A model generated the notes under the pieces. The model had not been told where the DNA came from, made no database searches, and was given only the letters and a program-made list of their open reading frames with translations. A stretch of DNA of 64,000 nucleotides from Candidatus Aldehydirespiratoraceae bacterium (GTDB lineage: Bacteria > Actinomycetota > Acidimicrobiia > Acidimicrobiales > Aldehydirespiratoraceae), in assembly GCA_965198365.1 (NCBI GenBank), contig OZ240617.1:195938-259937 (forward strand). Direction: 5' to 3'. The stretch's first letter is position 1, and each line of letters begins with the position of its first letter. Made by a program: the position numbers and the translations under genes. Below are positions 36,506-52,466 of this stretch, piece by piece.

Positions 36506-37240
36506 TTGAGTCGAATCTATTTTTTGATAGACCCGATACGCGTTCACAGAAGCACAGCTGCCTGGTCGATGACGGTACGTGCCGGATACGTTCCTGTCGC
36601 GCACCGCCGCCTCATAGCGCTAGCCGCCGCTGTGGGAGGTGGGCTGTCACACCGCTCGACGACACTGGCAGACATGACTGGTGCCGATGTTGCGGAAAGA
36701 GTACTCGAAGCCGCCGACGCGTCCGGGGTGCCGTTTTCGGGGCTGACGCGGATGTTGGTGCACCATGAGGTGTCGTTGGATGTGACGGCGCCACACTGGG
36801 CGGTTGACAGCGCGCTGTGCGCGGAGCGGCGCAGGGATATCGCTGTGGCGGTGGCCGTCGTGTGGCTTCCCGCAGGAGGCACCGTCCGCTGTATCCCCAC
36901 AGTTGAAACTGCTCATCTCGATTGGCTGAGTTACAGCTACCGTCGGCGCCTTGCAGGTGACCATCCGCGCCTACCGACGTCCAGACGTCTAAATTGTTGC
37001 GACATGGAAACTCCAACCGGGAATCCCGGCCGTCTCAGACCCGGTGAAGTCCGAGACGGTATCGAAAAGACGCTCGGAGCTGCTGCGGTCCCGATGTCTG
37101 TTCGGCAGATTCATGCGTCAGTCGAGGCCCGCCTAGGCAAGAGCGTCCCAGAGTCTTCGGTGCGCAGTTACCTCAACTTGAACTCTGGTCCGGACGGCCA
37201 GTTCGAAAGAGTGCGTCGTGGTGTCTACAAGCTCAGCTGA
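36506..37240 (+). CDS. hypothetical protein with C-terminal winged-helix (HARE-HTH-like) domain; true start uncertain (possibly ATG 37004)
   Basis: Only the last ~75 aa look protein-like (RLRPGEVRDGIEKTLGAAAVPMSVRQIHASVEARLGKSVPESSVRSYLNLNSGPDGQFERVRRGVYKLS). The end overlaps the methyltransferase start. Confidence 0.45.
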   Translation: MSRIYFLIDPIRVHRSTAAWSMTVRAGYVPVAHRRLIALAAAVGGGLSHRSTTLADMTGADVAERVLEAADASGVPFSGLTRMLVHHEVSLDVTAPHWAVDSALCAERRRDIAVAVAVVWLPAGGTVRCIPTVETAHLDWLSYSYRRRLAGDHPRLPTSRRLNCCDMETPTGNPGRLRPGEVRDGIEKTLGAAAVPMSVRQIHASVEARLGKSVPESSVRSYLNLNSGPDGQFERVRRGVYKLS

Positions 37241-38132
37241 GGCTCCCGTAGCAGCGTGGCTCCCGCTCGTGACGGTGGGTAAGGCTTCGCTGTATCTTGG
37301 CGACTGCCTCGATTGGCTCGCTGATCAGCCGCCACACTCAATCCACGGAGTGGTCACCGACCCTCCGTACGGGCTGGTGGAGTACACGCCGCAGCAGCAG
37401 CGCAAACTTCGCGCGGGCAAAGGAGGCGTGTGGCGAATTCCTCCTGCATTCGACGGACACCAGCGGTCCCCATTACCCCGATTCACAACGCTGAATGAAG
37501 CTGACCTGGATCGGTTGCGGTGCTTCTTCTCGTCTTGGGCGGCCGCGCTGATGCCCGTGCTCGTTCCTGGCGCACACGTGATGATGGCGTCCAACCCGCT
37601 CGTGTCACACATCGTCGCAGCGGCGGTGTGCGGCGAGGGTTTCGAGCGGCGTGGTGAGGTGGTGCGCCTGGTTATGACGATGCGCGGCGGCGATCGGCCC
37701 AAGAACGCCCATGAGGAGTTCAGTGACGTATCGGTGATGCCCCGCTCGAAGTGGGAGCCCTGGCTGCTGTTCCGCAAACCGGTCGAGGGCCGGGTTCAAG
37801 ACAACCTTCGAGCTTGGGGCACCGGCGGGCTTCGCCGCATCTCCGGCGACAAGCCCTTCGCCGACGTAATTGAGTCAGCGCCGACGCGATCCAGCGAACG
37901 GTGCCTCGCGCCGCACCCGAGCCTCAAGCCCCAAGCATTCCTGCGCCAGGTCGTGCGCGCTATCCTGCCCCTCGGGGAAGGTGTTGTGTTGGATCCCTTC
38001 GCTGGCTCGGGTTCTACGCTCGCGGCTGCTGAGCATCTCAGCTATCGCAGCGTTGGCGTGGAGTCCGACCCCGACTACGCGCGGCTTGCGGGTGAAGCAA
38101 TCCTCCGTCTGCGTGACTACGGGTCGAGATAG
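37218..38132 (+). CDS. beta-class DNA methyltransferase (N6-adenine or N4-cytosine; N6_N4_Mtase family)
   Basis: Motif IV TDPPYG lies near the N-terminus and motif I DPFAGSGST near the C-terminus. HPSLKP motif present. Confidence 0.85.
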   Translation: MVSTSSAEAPVAAWLPLVTVGKASLYLGDCLDWLADQPPHSIHGVVTDPPYGLVEYTPQQQRKLRAGKGGVWRIPPAFDGHQRSPLPRFTTLNEADLDRLRCFFSSWAAALMPVLVPGAHVMMASNPLVSHIVAAAVCGEGFERRGEVVRLVMTMRGGDRPKNAHEEFSDVSVMPRSKWEPWLLFRKPVEGRVQDNLRAWGTGGLRRISGDKPFADVIESAPTRSSERCLAPHPSLKPQAFLRQVVRAILPLGEGVVLDPFAGSGSTLAAAEHLSYRSVGVESDPDYARLAGEAILRLRDYGSR

Positions 38133-38719
38133 ACCCAATCGTCTCGCAGCTTCTTCACCCCAAGGCGGTCCAGAGTCGCGGTACGCGTCCCGAGTTCACC
38201 GCGTGGGTTCTTTCGGAAGTCGTCAGTAGTGACTTCGGCCAAGTAGATCTCGGTGAACCGCAACGGTGCTCGGGCTGTCGCCGGCTCAGTCACGTTGTCG
38301 ACTTGGTAGACGAATACACAGAACCATTGATCTCGCGCACCATGGGTGTCGACAGCACCACCCTTGCGTACCGTCGTCTTGATCTCAATGCCCTCTTCCC
38401 CTGACTTCACCGAGTCGTTCTCGTACAGCCCCCTCTTCACAAGATCGGGATGACCGTTGTGGTAGCGGTTCACGACTAGACCGCGCGAGTGTTTGGCTAG
38501 GCTCTCTGTGACAAGTTCTGACAAGACTCCCGAGAGAATCGCCCGCCGCAGCATGTTTTCCAACCGGTCTAGACCTCGCCCTACCAGTGAAGTGTTGACG
38601 TCGAAGAAGAAGTCGTAGACATCTTCCATCGTCGATTCGAAATCTCTCAGTCTGAGACTGTAGGGCAGCGAGCGGTTTTTGTTGAAGCGTCCGATCACGG
38701 TCTGCTTCTGAAGCGCCAT
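38117..38719 (-). CDS. putative type II restriction endonuclease (PD-(D/E)xK)
   Basis: Convergent with the methyltransferase gene and overlapping its 3' end by 16 nt. Candidate catalytic HPDLV ... EGIEIK (PD...ExK). Confidence 0.55.
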   Translation of the reverse strand: MALQKQTVIGRFNKNRSLPYSLRLRDFESTMEDVYDFFFDVNTSLVGRGLDRLENMLRRAILSGVLSELVTESLAKHSRGLVVNRYHNGHPDLVKRGLYENDSVKSGEEGIEIKTTVRKGGAVDTHGARDQWFCVFVYQVDNVTEPATARAPLRFTEIYLAEVTTDDFRKNPRGELGTRTATLDRLGVKKLRDDWVYLDP

Positions 38720-39059
38720 GGCCGCACGCTAGATGATTTGCTTCGCTGTGGCGCGGATTGGTTCAGGACTGGTTTCTCGCAATGAAGTCTCTGTCCGAAC
38801 AGCCGAAATCAGGGAAGTCACACGAGCGGGGTCTTAGTAATGTACGTGCTTTTGCCGCCGCCGTGGCCCCAACGACACCGCGGCGTCGCCCTAGCGGTCA
38901 ATGCACCGCAGAAACCGGTGCTGCCACCCAGCAGTGGGAACGGCTGCCCGAAGTACCGACCCTTCCCGATAGTCAGCCGGCGATGTAATCAGCAACCAGC
39001 CTTGTCGTCATCGCTCGCCACCAGCCGATTTCGGCGCGCAGGGTCGACGGGTACCCCAG

Positions 39060-39851
39060 TTGACCGTCCGCTGTCGCACCACGCAGCTAGCGACGGCGGG
39101 CACCTACTACTTCGGCGCATGCGTGGACTCGGTGTCTGGAGAGTCCGACACCAGCAACAACTGTAATGAGTATTCCCTTTCGCTGAAGGTAAAGGATCCC
39201 GGTCCGAACTTGACGCTGCTATTGGTACTAGCCGTCTATGAGGGCCTTGACGTGCCGGCCCCTGGGGGGTCGTTCAAACTGGAGACGAACGTGATCAACC
39301 ACGGCACCGAGGAGTCGGAGGAGACGACTCTTCGCTGGTACCAGTCGAGCAATACACAGATGGACACGGACTCGGACACCGAAGTGGGCACCAGCACCAT
39401 CGACGCGCTGTCAGCGGGGGCCTTCAGCTGGCCGTTGATTGACCTGACCGCCCCGTCGACATCGGGCACCTACTACTACTACGCGTGCGTGGACACCGTG
39501 ACCGATGAGTCCGTTACCACCGACAACTGTTCGTGGTATACGGAGATTGTCCCCGTGAACGTTCCGGCGACGAATGCCCCCACCATCAGCGGAACGGCGC
39601 AGGTGAGAAAGACCCTGACGGCAAGCACGACCGCTATCACCGACGCCGACGGGCTGACCAACGTGACCTACAGCTACCAGTGGCTGGCTGACGACACCGG
39701 GATCGCCGAAGCAACGAACTCCACTTACACGGTCCAGGCATCCGACGTCGGCAAGGCCATCAAGGTGCGGGTCACCTTCACCGACGATCTGGGCTCCTGG
39801 GAGTGGCTGACCAGCGAAGCTACGGCCGCTGTGGTAGTGGGCGGGTTGTAA
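39060..39851 (+). CDS. CARDB-like repeat protein, probably 5'-truncated (no signal peptide)
   Basis: Repeated GTYY(F/Y)(G/Y)ACVD(S/T)V..ES.T..NC modules. The C-terminal module (SGTAQVRKTLTASTTAITDADGLTNVTYSYQWLADD ... KVRVTFTDDLG) is of the same type seen in the giant proteins downstream. Confidence 0.55.
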   Translation: MTVRCRTTQLATAGTYYFGACVDSVSGESDTSNNCNEYSLSLKVKDPGPNLTLLLVLAVYEGLDVPAPGGSFKLETNVINHGTEESEETTLRWYQSSNTQMDTDSDTEVGTSTIDALSAGAFSWPLIDLTAPSTSGTYYYYACVDTVTDESVTTDNCSWYTEIVPVNVPATNAPTISGTAQVRKTLTASTTAITDADGLTNVTYSYQWLADDTGIAEATNSTYTVQASDVGKAIKVRVTFTDDLGSWEWLTSEATAAVVVGGL

Positions 39852-40090
39852 GGACCTCAATCAGGGGCGCTCGACGGTGTTGACGACACCACGTGCTGGA
39901 CCGCTTCCACCACCGCTCGGCCGCGGCCGCGTCGAACAGGTCCGGTGCCACCCCCCGACCGTGCGTGCTCGATCTGTGACCGGGCTTCGCTTCCTGGTCT
40001 GCTCCCTGGCCGTGCATACGAACCAGACCCTGAGGGTCAAGGCCACCGAGCATCTGCCCGGTCTCGTAGAGGTCGCAGAACCGTTGCGAG

Positions 40091-41257
40091 TCAGCCGGTT
40101 CCGTTGTTGTACCAGCCGCCGCCGATGAGGGTGCCGTTCACGTCGATGACCCACATGCGCATTGTCTCGGGGCCTGCGGCTGTGGCGGGGTTGTCCTCCG
40201 CGGTGATCCAGACACCGTCGGCGGTGGCGTTGCGCACTGCCGGCCCCAGCAGGTCCTCGACGTCGGTTCCGATGAGTGCGGGATCGAAGTGGGTGAGGAT
40301 CTCGCCGTCGGGGGCGGCGATGAACCCGGTGAAGTACCCGTCGAGGGTGTCGGTGCTGTTGTAGTACTCCACCGTCGGGATGAGGCCCGTGGAGATGCCC
40401 TGGGGGTCGTTGTAGAACTCCAGGATCGCTTCGAGGCCGCCTGTGCGGAAATGCTCGGCCGACTCCGAGATGAGCTGCGGCACGAACTGCTCGGTGTTGA
40501 TGTACCAGCCCGACGCGAACAGCAGCCCGTCATGGCGCACGACCCAGGCGTTCTTCAACTCGAACGCGCCCTCGTCGCCGAGAGTCCCGCCAGCGGGGTT
40601 CACATACACATAGGGCACCCAGCGGCCCGCCTCTGTGGCCGCCAGCATCTCAGGACCGAACCTGTAGCCGTTGGCGTCGGTGCCCACCCAGCCCTTGACG
40701 TCGAGGCCCCGCCGGTCGGGGTCGTAGTGGCCGATGACCTGGTCGTTCTCGTCGATGATGAACACGTACCACTGCCCGTCGATGCTCTCGGGGCGGTTGT
40801 AGTAGGCGACGGTGGCGTCGAGGCCCAAGGTCTCGTAGCGGCTGATGGCGCTGTCCACGAAGAACTTGGTGTACTCCGCGGGAGCGGACCTCGGCGGGAT
40901 CGACACCACCGCACCGCGCGCTATCCGCTCCGCCTCCTCAGCGGTGAGTCCCGACCCCTCGGCGGCCGCCAGCGCCGCCTCGATGACCTCCTCCACCTCG
41001 GCGCGGGACAGTCCCGTGTCGGGTTGGGGCAGCGCCGCCAGCGCCGCCTCGATGGCCTGTTCCGCCTCGGCGGCGGTGATCCCGGCCACCGGCTGCGGTG
41101 GTGCGGGAACAGCCTCCAACTCGGCGCGCACCATCTCTGCGACCTCGGGGCGGGACAACCCCGCTTCCCCGTCCCCGCCGCCGCATGCCACGGCCGCCAG
41201 GGGGACGAGGCAGGCCAGCGCCGCCAGGGTCCGCCGGATCGACTTCCGGTTCGTCAT
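40091..41257 (-). CDS. lipoprotein with two Cache/PAS-like extracytoplasmic modules
   Basis: Lipobox AAVAC. A helical Ala/Glu-rich linker with repeated LSRAEVEE/LSRPEVAE segments. Two YYN...DG.(W/Y).(V/T)(F/G)FI modules. Confidence 0.55.
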   Translation of the reverse strand: MTNRKSIRRTLAALACLVPLAAVACGGGDGEAGLSRPEVAEMVRAELEAVPAPPQPVAGITAAEAEQAIEAALAALPQPDTGLSRAEVEEVIEAALAAAEGSGLTAEEAERIARGAVVSIPPRSAPAEYTKFFVDSAISRYETLGLDATVAYYNRPESIDGQWYVFIIDENDQVIGHYDPDRRGLDVKGWVGTDANGYRFGPEMLAATEAGRWVPYVYVNPAGGTLGDEGAFELKNAWVVRHDGLLFASGWYINTEQFVPQLISESAEHFRTGGLEAILEFYNDPQGISTGLIPTVEYYNSTDTLDGYFTGFIAAPDGEILTHFDPALIGTDVEDLLGPAVRNATADGVWITAEDNPATAAGPETMRMWVIDVNGTLIGGGWYNNGTG

Positions 41258-41442
41258 GATCTTGATTCCTCCTGCTCAGATTTCGCGAGCCCGCCGATCG
41301 GGCTCGACCCACCGACTCGGGTCACACGGGACGGGACGCCGTGGGGCGTCTCGACGGGCTGTCGCGGGGCGTCAGCGACCATCGGGCACACCCGACGCCG
41401 CGAAGCCGTGGGAGCCGTGTCGGGATTCTCTTCGGCGGTCTC

Positions 41443-43041
41443 TCATAGGCCGACTATTTGACGCCAGTCAGCCCAGTCACAGTTCTGGGTTCGGTGCTCG
41501 ACGTCGATGGTGTATCCGTCCTCCCATCCTGAGTCTCCGGACTTCGGTATGTAGTTGTGGCCGTCGAGCAGGGTGACCTTGTAGTACCTGGCACGCCATT
41601 GCGCGCCGCACACGTTGTCCCGGGTCGTCGAGATGGAGAGTCCCCCGTTGTAATCCCTGTGCCCGAAGAACGTTGTCCCGGTGGTGGTCTCCGACACGAC
41701 CATCCCGCGTCCGTCGGCCTTGTCGGGGCCGCCGCCGAAGTAGTCGTACACGTCGAGTCTGTAGTTCACGGTCAAACCCGGGGGGTAGGACCCGGCGTGG
41801 TGGCGGGCAAGCCCGAATAGCAGGCCTTGTCCCTCGTCTGCGACCGCGGCGGCGTCGCTGATGCTGATCTCGATAGTCTGGTTCGTGGTCGAGAATTGCT
41901 TCGTCGCTGAGGTGACGGAGAAGTCGGGCGTCTCGTTGGTGGCTGTCCGGTTGTCGCCGGTCAGCGCGAACTGGATCTCGTAGGTCGTGCCGGCGGTCAG
42001 GCCGGTCAAGGCGACGGTGTGGCGGCTAGCAAACGTGAAGCGTTCGGAGGTGACCTCGCCGCCGCCGGTCAGGTTCGTGTACTTCGGGCTGGACCCCGTC
42101 GTCCAGGGGCTGTCGCCGACGGGCTGGTAGCGCCAGTGGAGTCTGGTCCTCGGTGTGGCCTCCCAGATGTTCAGGCTCACCTTCGCCTCGTTCATGAGGA
42201 CGCTGGAAGGGAAGATTCCCGTGATCACCCCGACTGGCTCGTCGTCCACCACGGTCACATCCACGCTGATGGCCTCCCCGTCGAAGCCGCCGCCGGTGGC
42301 GATGAAGTCGAGCGCCACCTTGTCGTTGTTCGCGTCCGCGTCCTGCGCGGCGCTGATCGAGCCGTTCTGGTGCGTCAACCAGTTCTCCGGCGTGAACACG
42401 AACCTTTCGGTGAAGTTGGACACGTCGGTGCCCGCGTCGCCGCTGACCGTCACCGTCACGTTCCCCGTCGGTTTCCCCGCGAACCCCCGGTCGGTGATTA
42501 TCGGTTTCAGCCTCACGCTGTATGACAGCGTCCCGCCCTCGTCCACCTTCATCGGATCCGGAATGACAAGCACACGCCCCGGGGGGTCATCTTCGACGGT
42601 CACCACATAGTTGGCGGACACCCCGCCATAGCCGCCATCGGCGGCACTGTGAATGAGCGTCACAACGTCGTCCCTCCTGTCCGCGTCGCTCGCGGCGGTG
42701 ACCGTCACCGTCTGAAACGTGTTGTAGTTCGACCTCGTGAACGTCAACGACTCTGTGCTCAAGGTCAGATCGGTGCCCTCGTGGCCGCTGATCGTCACCG
42801 TCACGTCCGCGGTCGGCTGCGTCGCCAGCTTCACCATGTAAGTCGCTTGGCTTTGCTCATCCATGGTCAACGCCGTCGGCGTGATTATCAGGTCGGCGGT
42901 CTGCGCCTGGGCCGGATGGCCGCCCGCGACGAGCAATGCCCCGATCAGCGTCGGCAGGACCGCCAGGGCGACGAACCGGCGGCGGACGCGTCCGCGCGTG
43001 GGACGGACGGGGATTCCAGGGGCGGATCCGGTAGTCGTCAT
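41443..43041 (-). CDS. secreted multi-beta-sandwich surface protein (Tat-type signal)
   Basis: Start taken at ATG 43041, preceded by GAGGAAG (43048-43054). Twin-arginine signal RGRVRRRFVALAV...AQA. Contains repeated VTVT(I/V)SG..GTD modules and an FN3-like module. Confidence 0.7.
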   Translation of the reverse strand: MTTTGSAPGIPVRPTRGRVRRRFVALAVLPTLIGALLVAGGHPAQAQTADLIITPTALTMDEQSQATYMVKLATQPTADVTVTISGHEGTDLTLSTESLTFTRSNYNTFQTVTVTAASDADRRDDVVTLIHSAADGGYGGVSANYVVTVEDDPPGRVLVIPDPMKVDEGGTLSYSVRLKPIITDRGFAGKPTGNVTVTVSGDAGTDVSNFTERFVFTPENWLTHQNGSISAAQDADANNDKVALDFIATGGGFDGEAISVDVTVVDDEPVGVITGIFPSSVLMNEAKVSLNIWEATPRTRLHWRYQPVGDSPWTTGSSPKYTNLTGGGEVTSERFTFASRHTVALTGLTAGTTYEIQFALTGDNRTATNETPDFSVTSATKQFSTTNQTIEISISDAAAVADEGQGLLFGLARHHAGSYPPGLTVNYRLDVYDYFGGGPDKADGRGMVVSETTTGTTFFGHRDYNGGLSISTTRDNVCGAQWRARYYKVTLLDGHNYIPKSGDSGWEDGYTIDVEHRTQNCDWADWRQIVGL

Positions 43042-43063
43042 GGCCGGCTTCCTCGGAATCTGC

Positions 43064-43076
43064 GGGGGGGGGGGGG
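43064..43076. repeat. homopolymer G13 (C13 on the coding strand of the 41443..43041 gene)
   Basis: Counted directly and cross-checked against the ORF-track translation APPPPQ. Lies 9 nt upstream of the RBS and 22 nt upstream of the ATG at 43041. Confidence 0.95.
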
Positions 43077-43350
43077 CAAGCCGCTTGGGGCAGGTTCTGA
43101 GGGCGGGCGTTCTCAAGGGCGGAACCGGCGCTGGTCATGGCGTGCCTCCTGGGCATCTAGAGGAAGGAAACGAACGATGCCGTCGCGGACGGCCGGGTGC
43201 GTCGGTGAAACACCGACTACAACGCACCCTATCGTATCAGACATGAAAGAAACATGGAATAGACATGAAAGAAGCATAAATCCCATACGTATAATATTCT
43301 GACGAGACGGACAGGGCAGCCTGTCCTCGATTTAGTCCGTTCTGTTTGCA

Positions 43351-44103
43351 ATGAAACTCCGTCTGCCTTCCTCACGTCTCGTTACGCGGTCGGTGCTGTT
43401 GATCGTGCTCGCCGGCGCCACTGCGTTCTTCCGTCTCGGCCTGACCGATGCCTCCGACAGCGTCACGGTGAGCCATGACGGGTTTCAGCTGACGTGTCCC
43501 GGGCTGATCGAGGAGGGCTCGACCCTGACGTGCATGCTCACGAACACCGCGGCCACCGAGGCGGACTGGCCGGTCGTCGGGATCCTGCACCGGTCGGACG
43601 ACTCGAACAGGGCGCTGGTCCGGGGCTCGCCCCTCGATGTCGAGTTGAGCGCTCCCACTCCCGAAGCCACTATCGAGGGTGGCGTGTGGTGGATCGGTCC
43701 CGACCTTGTCGGCTACTCGTTCTTCGACTGGTCGGGAACGGCGGCCGCGGCACCCGGCGCGACCACGACCACATCCGGCGCGACCACGACCACAACCGGC
43801 GCGACCACGACCACAACCGGCGGGGCCACGAATTCGCGCGACGTCGTCATCAGCATCGTGGATGACGACGATCATGAGAGCGAGGAGGTGTTCTACGTCT
43901 CCCTGGCGTCCGACGGCAGCAGGAACGTGGGAGTTCTGTACAACAACCGGCAGAGGGTCCGGGTCTCAGACGGCGACAGCGAGAGCAGCGACGCGTCCCT
44001 GAGCGACCTCCGCATCTTCGCCGGAGGGGGGGGGGGGGGTAGAGGAGAAGACGCTCACGTTCTCATCGACCGTTCTGTCGTACCAGGTCACGGTCGACTA
44101 TGA
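43351..44103 (+). CDS. N-terminal segment of the giant surface protein (signal/TM segment + Calx-beta-like module + start of a cadherin-like beta-sandwich domain); frame broken at the G14 tract
   Basis: N-terminal hydrophobic segment SVLLIVLAGATAFF. The module TCPGLIEEGSTLTCMLTNT...FDWSG...VFYVSLAS is repeated in the next ORF. The ORF runs through G14 and then stops 64 nt later. Confidence 0.75.
   Translation: MKLRLPSSRLVTRSVLLIVLAGATAFFRLGLTDASDSVTVSHDGFQLTCPGLIEEGSTLTCMLTNTAATEADWPVVGILHRSDDSNRALVRGSPLDVELSAPTPEATIEGGVWWIGPDLVGYSFFDWSGTAAAAPGATTTTSGATTTTTGATTTTTGGATNSRDVVISIVDDDDHESEEVFYVSLASDGSRNVGVLYNNRQRVRVSDGDSESSDASLSDLRIFAGGGGGGRGEDAHVLIDRSVVPGHGRL
44026..44039. repeat. homopolymer G14 at the junction of ORFs 43351..44103 and 44114..52282
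   Basis: Counted directly and checked against the translation FAGGGGGGR. The downstream frame is open from 44003, so G13 (or G16) would fuse both ORFs. Confidence 0.95.
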
Positions 44104-44113
44104 CGTCACAGAG

Positions 44114-52278
<8,165 letters not shown>

Positions 52279-52282
<4 letters not shown>

Positions 52283-52418
52283 CCGAGTCATACCCGCGCC
52301 CGACGGCGGGGGGCTGACCGAGTCATACCCGCGCCCGACGGCGGGGGACTGACCGTGTCATGCCCGCGCCCGACGGCTGGAGACTGACCGAGTCATACCC
52401 GCGCCCGACGGCGGGAGA
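52279..52418. repeat. 4 x 35-bp tandem repeat (CTGACCGAGTCATACCCGCGCCCGACGGCGGGGGG), starting on the stop codon of the giant gene
   Basis: Copies begin at 52279, 52314, 52349 and 52384, with a few substitutions. Each contains CCCGC-N8-GCGGG. The array lies between convergent genes. Confidence 0.9.
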
Positions 52419-52466
52419 ACGGGCGGCCCGCCGCTCAGGGGGCGGCGCCGGGGCCGGCGGCAGCGG

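Noticed and set aside
38758-39166. Short plus-strand ORFs (38758..38988, 38840..39166) between the nuclease gene and the CARDB-like gene.
   Set aside because: They show no motifs and poor coding character. The region more likely holds the degraded 5' part of the CARDB-like gene.
43042-43116. Longer version of the 41443 gene starting at 43116, which would translate the C13 tract as a PPPP segment.
   Set aside because: A good RBS and the twin-arginine signal peptide begin at the internal ATG 43041. The extension would place 25 residues in front of a Tat signal. It remains possible, and tract-length changes would then be frame-shifting instead of regulatory.
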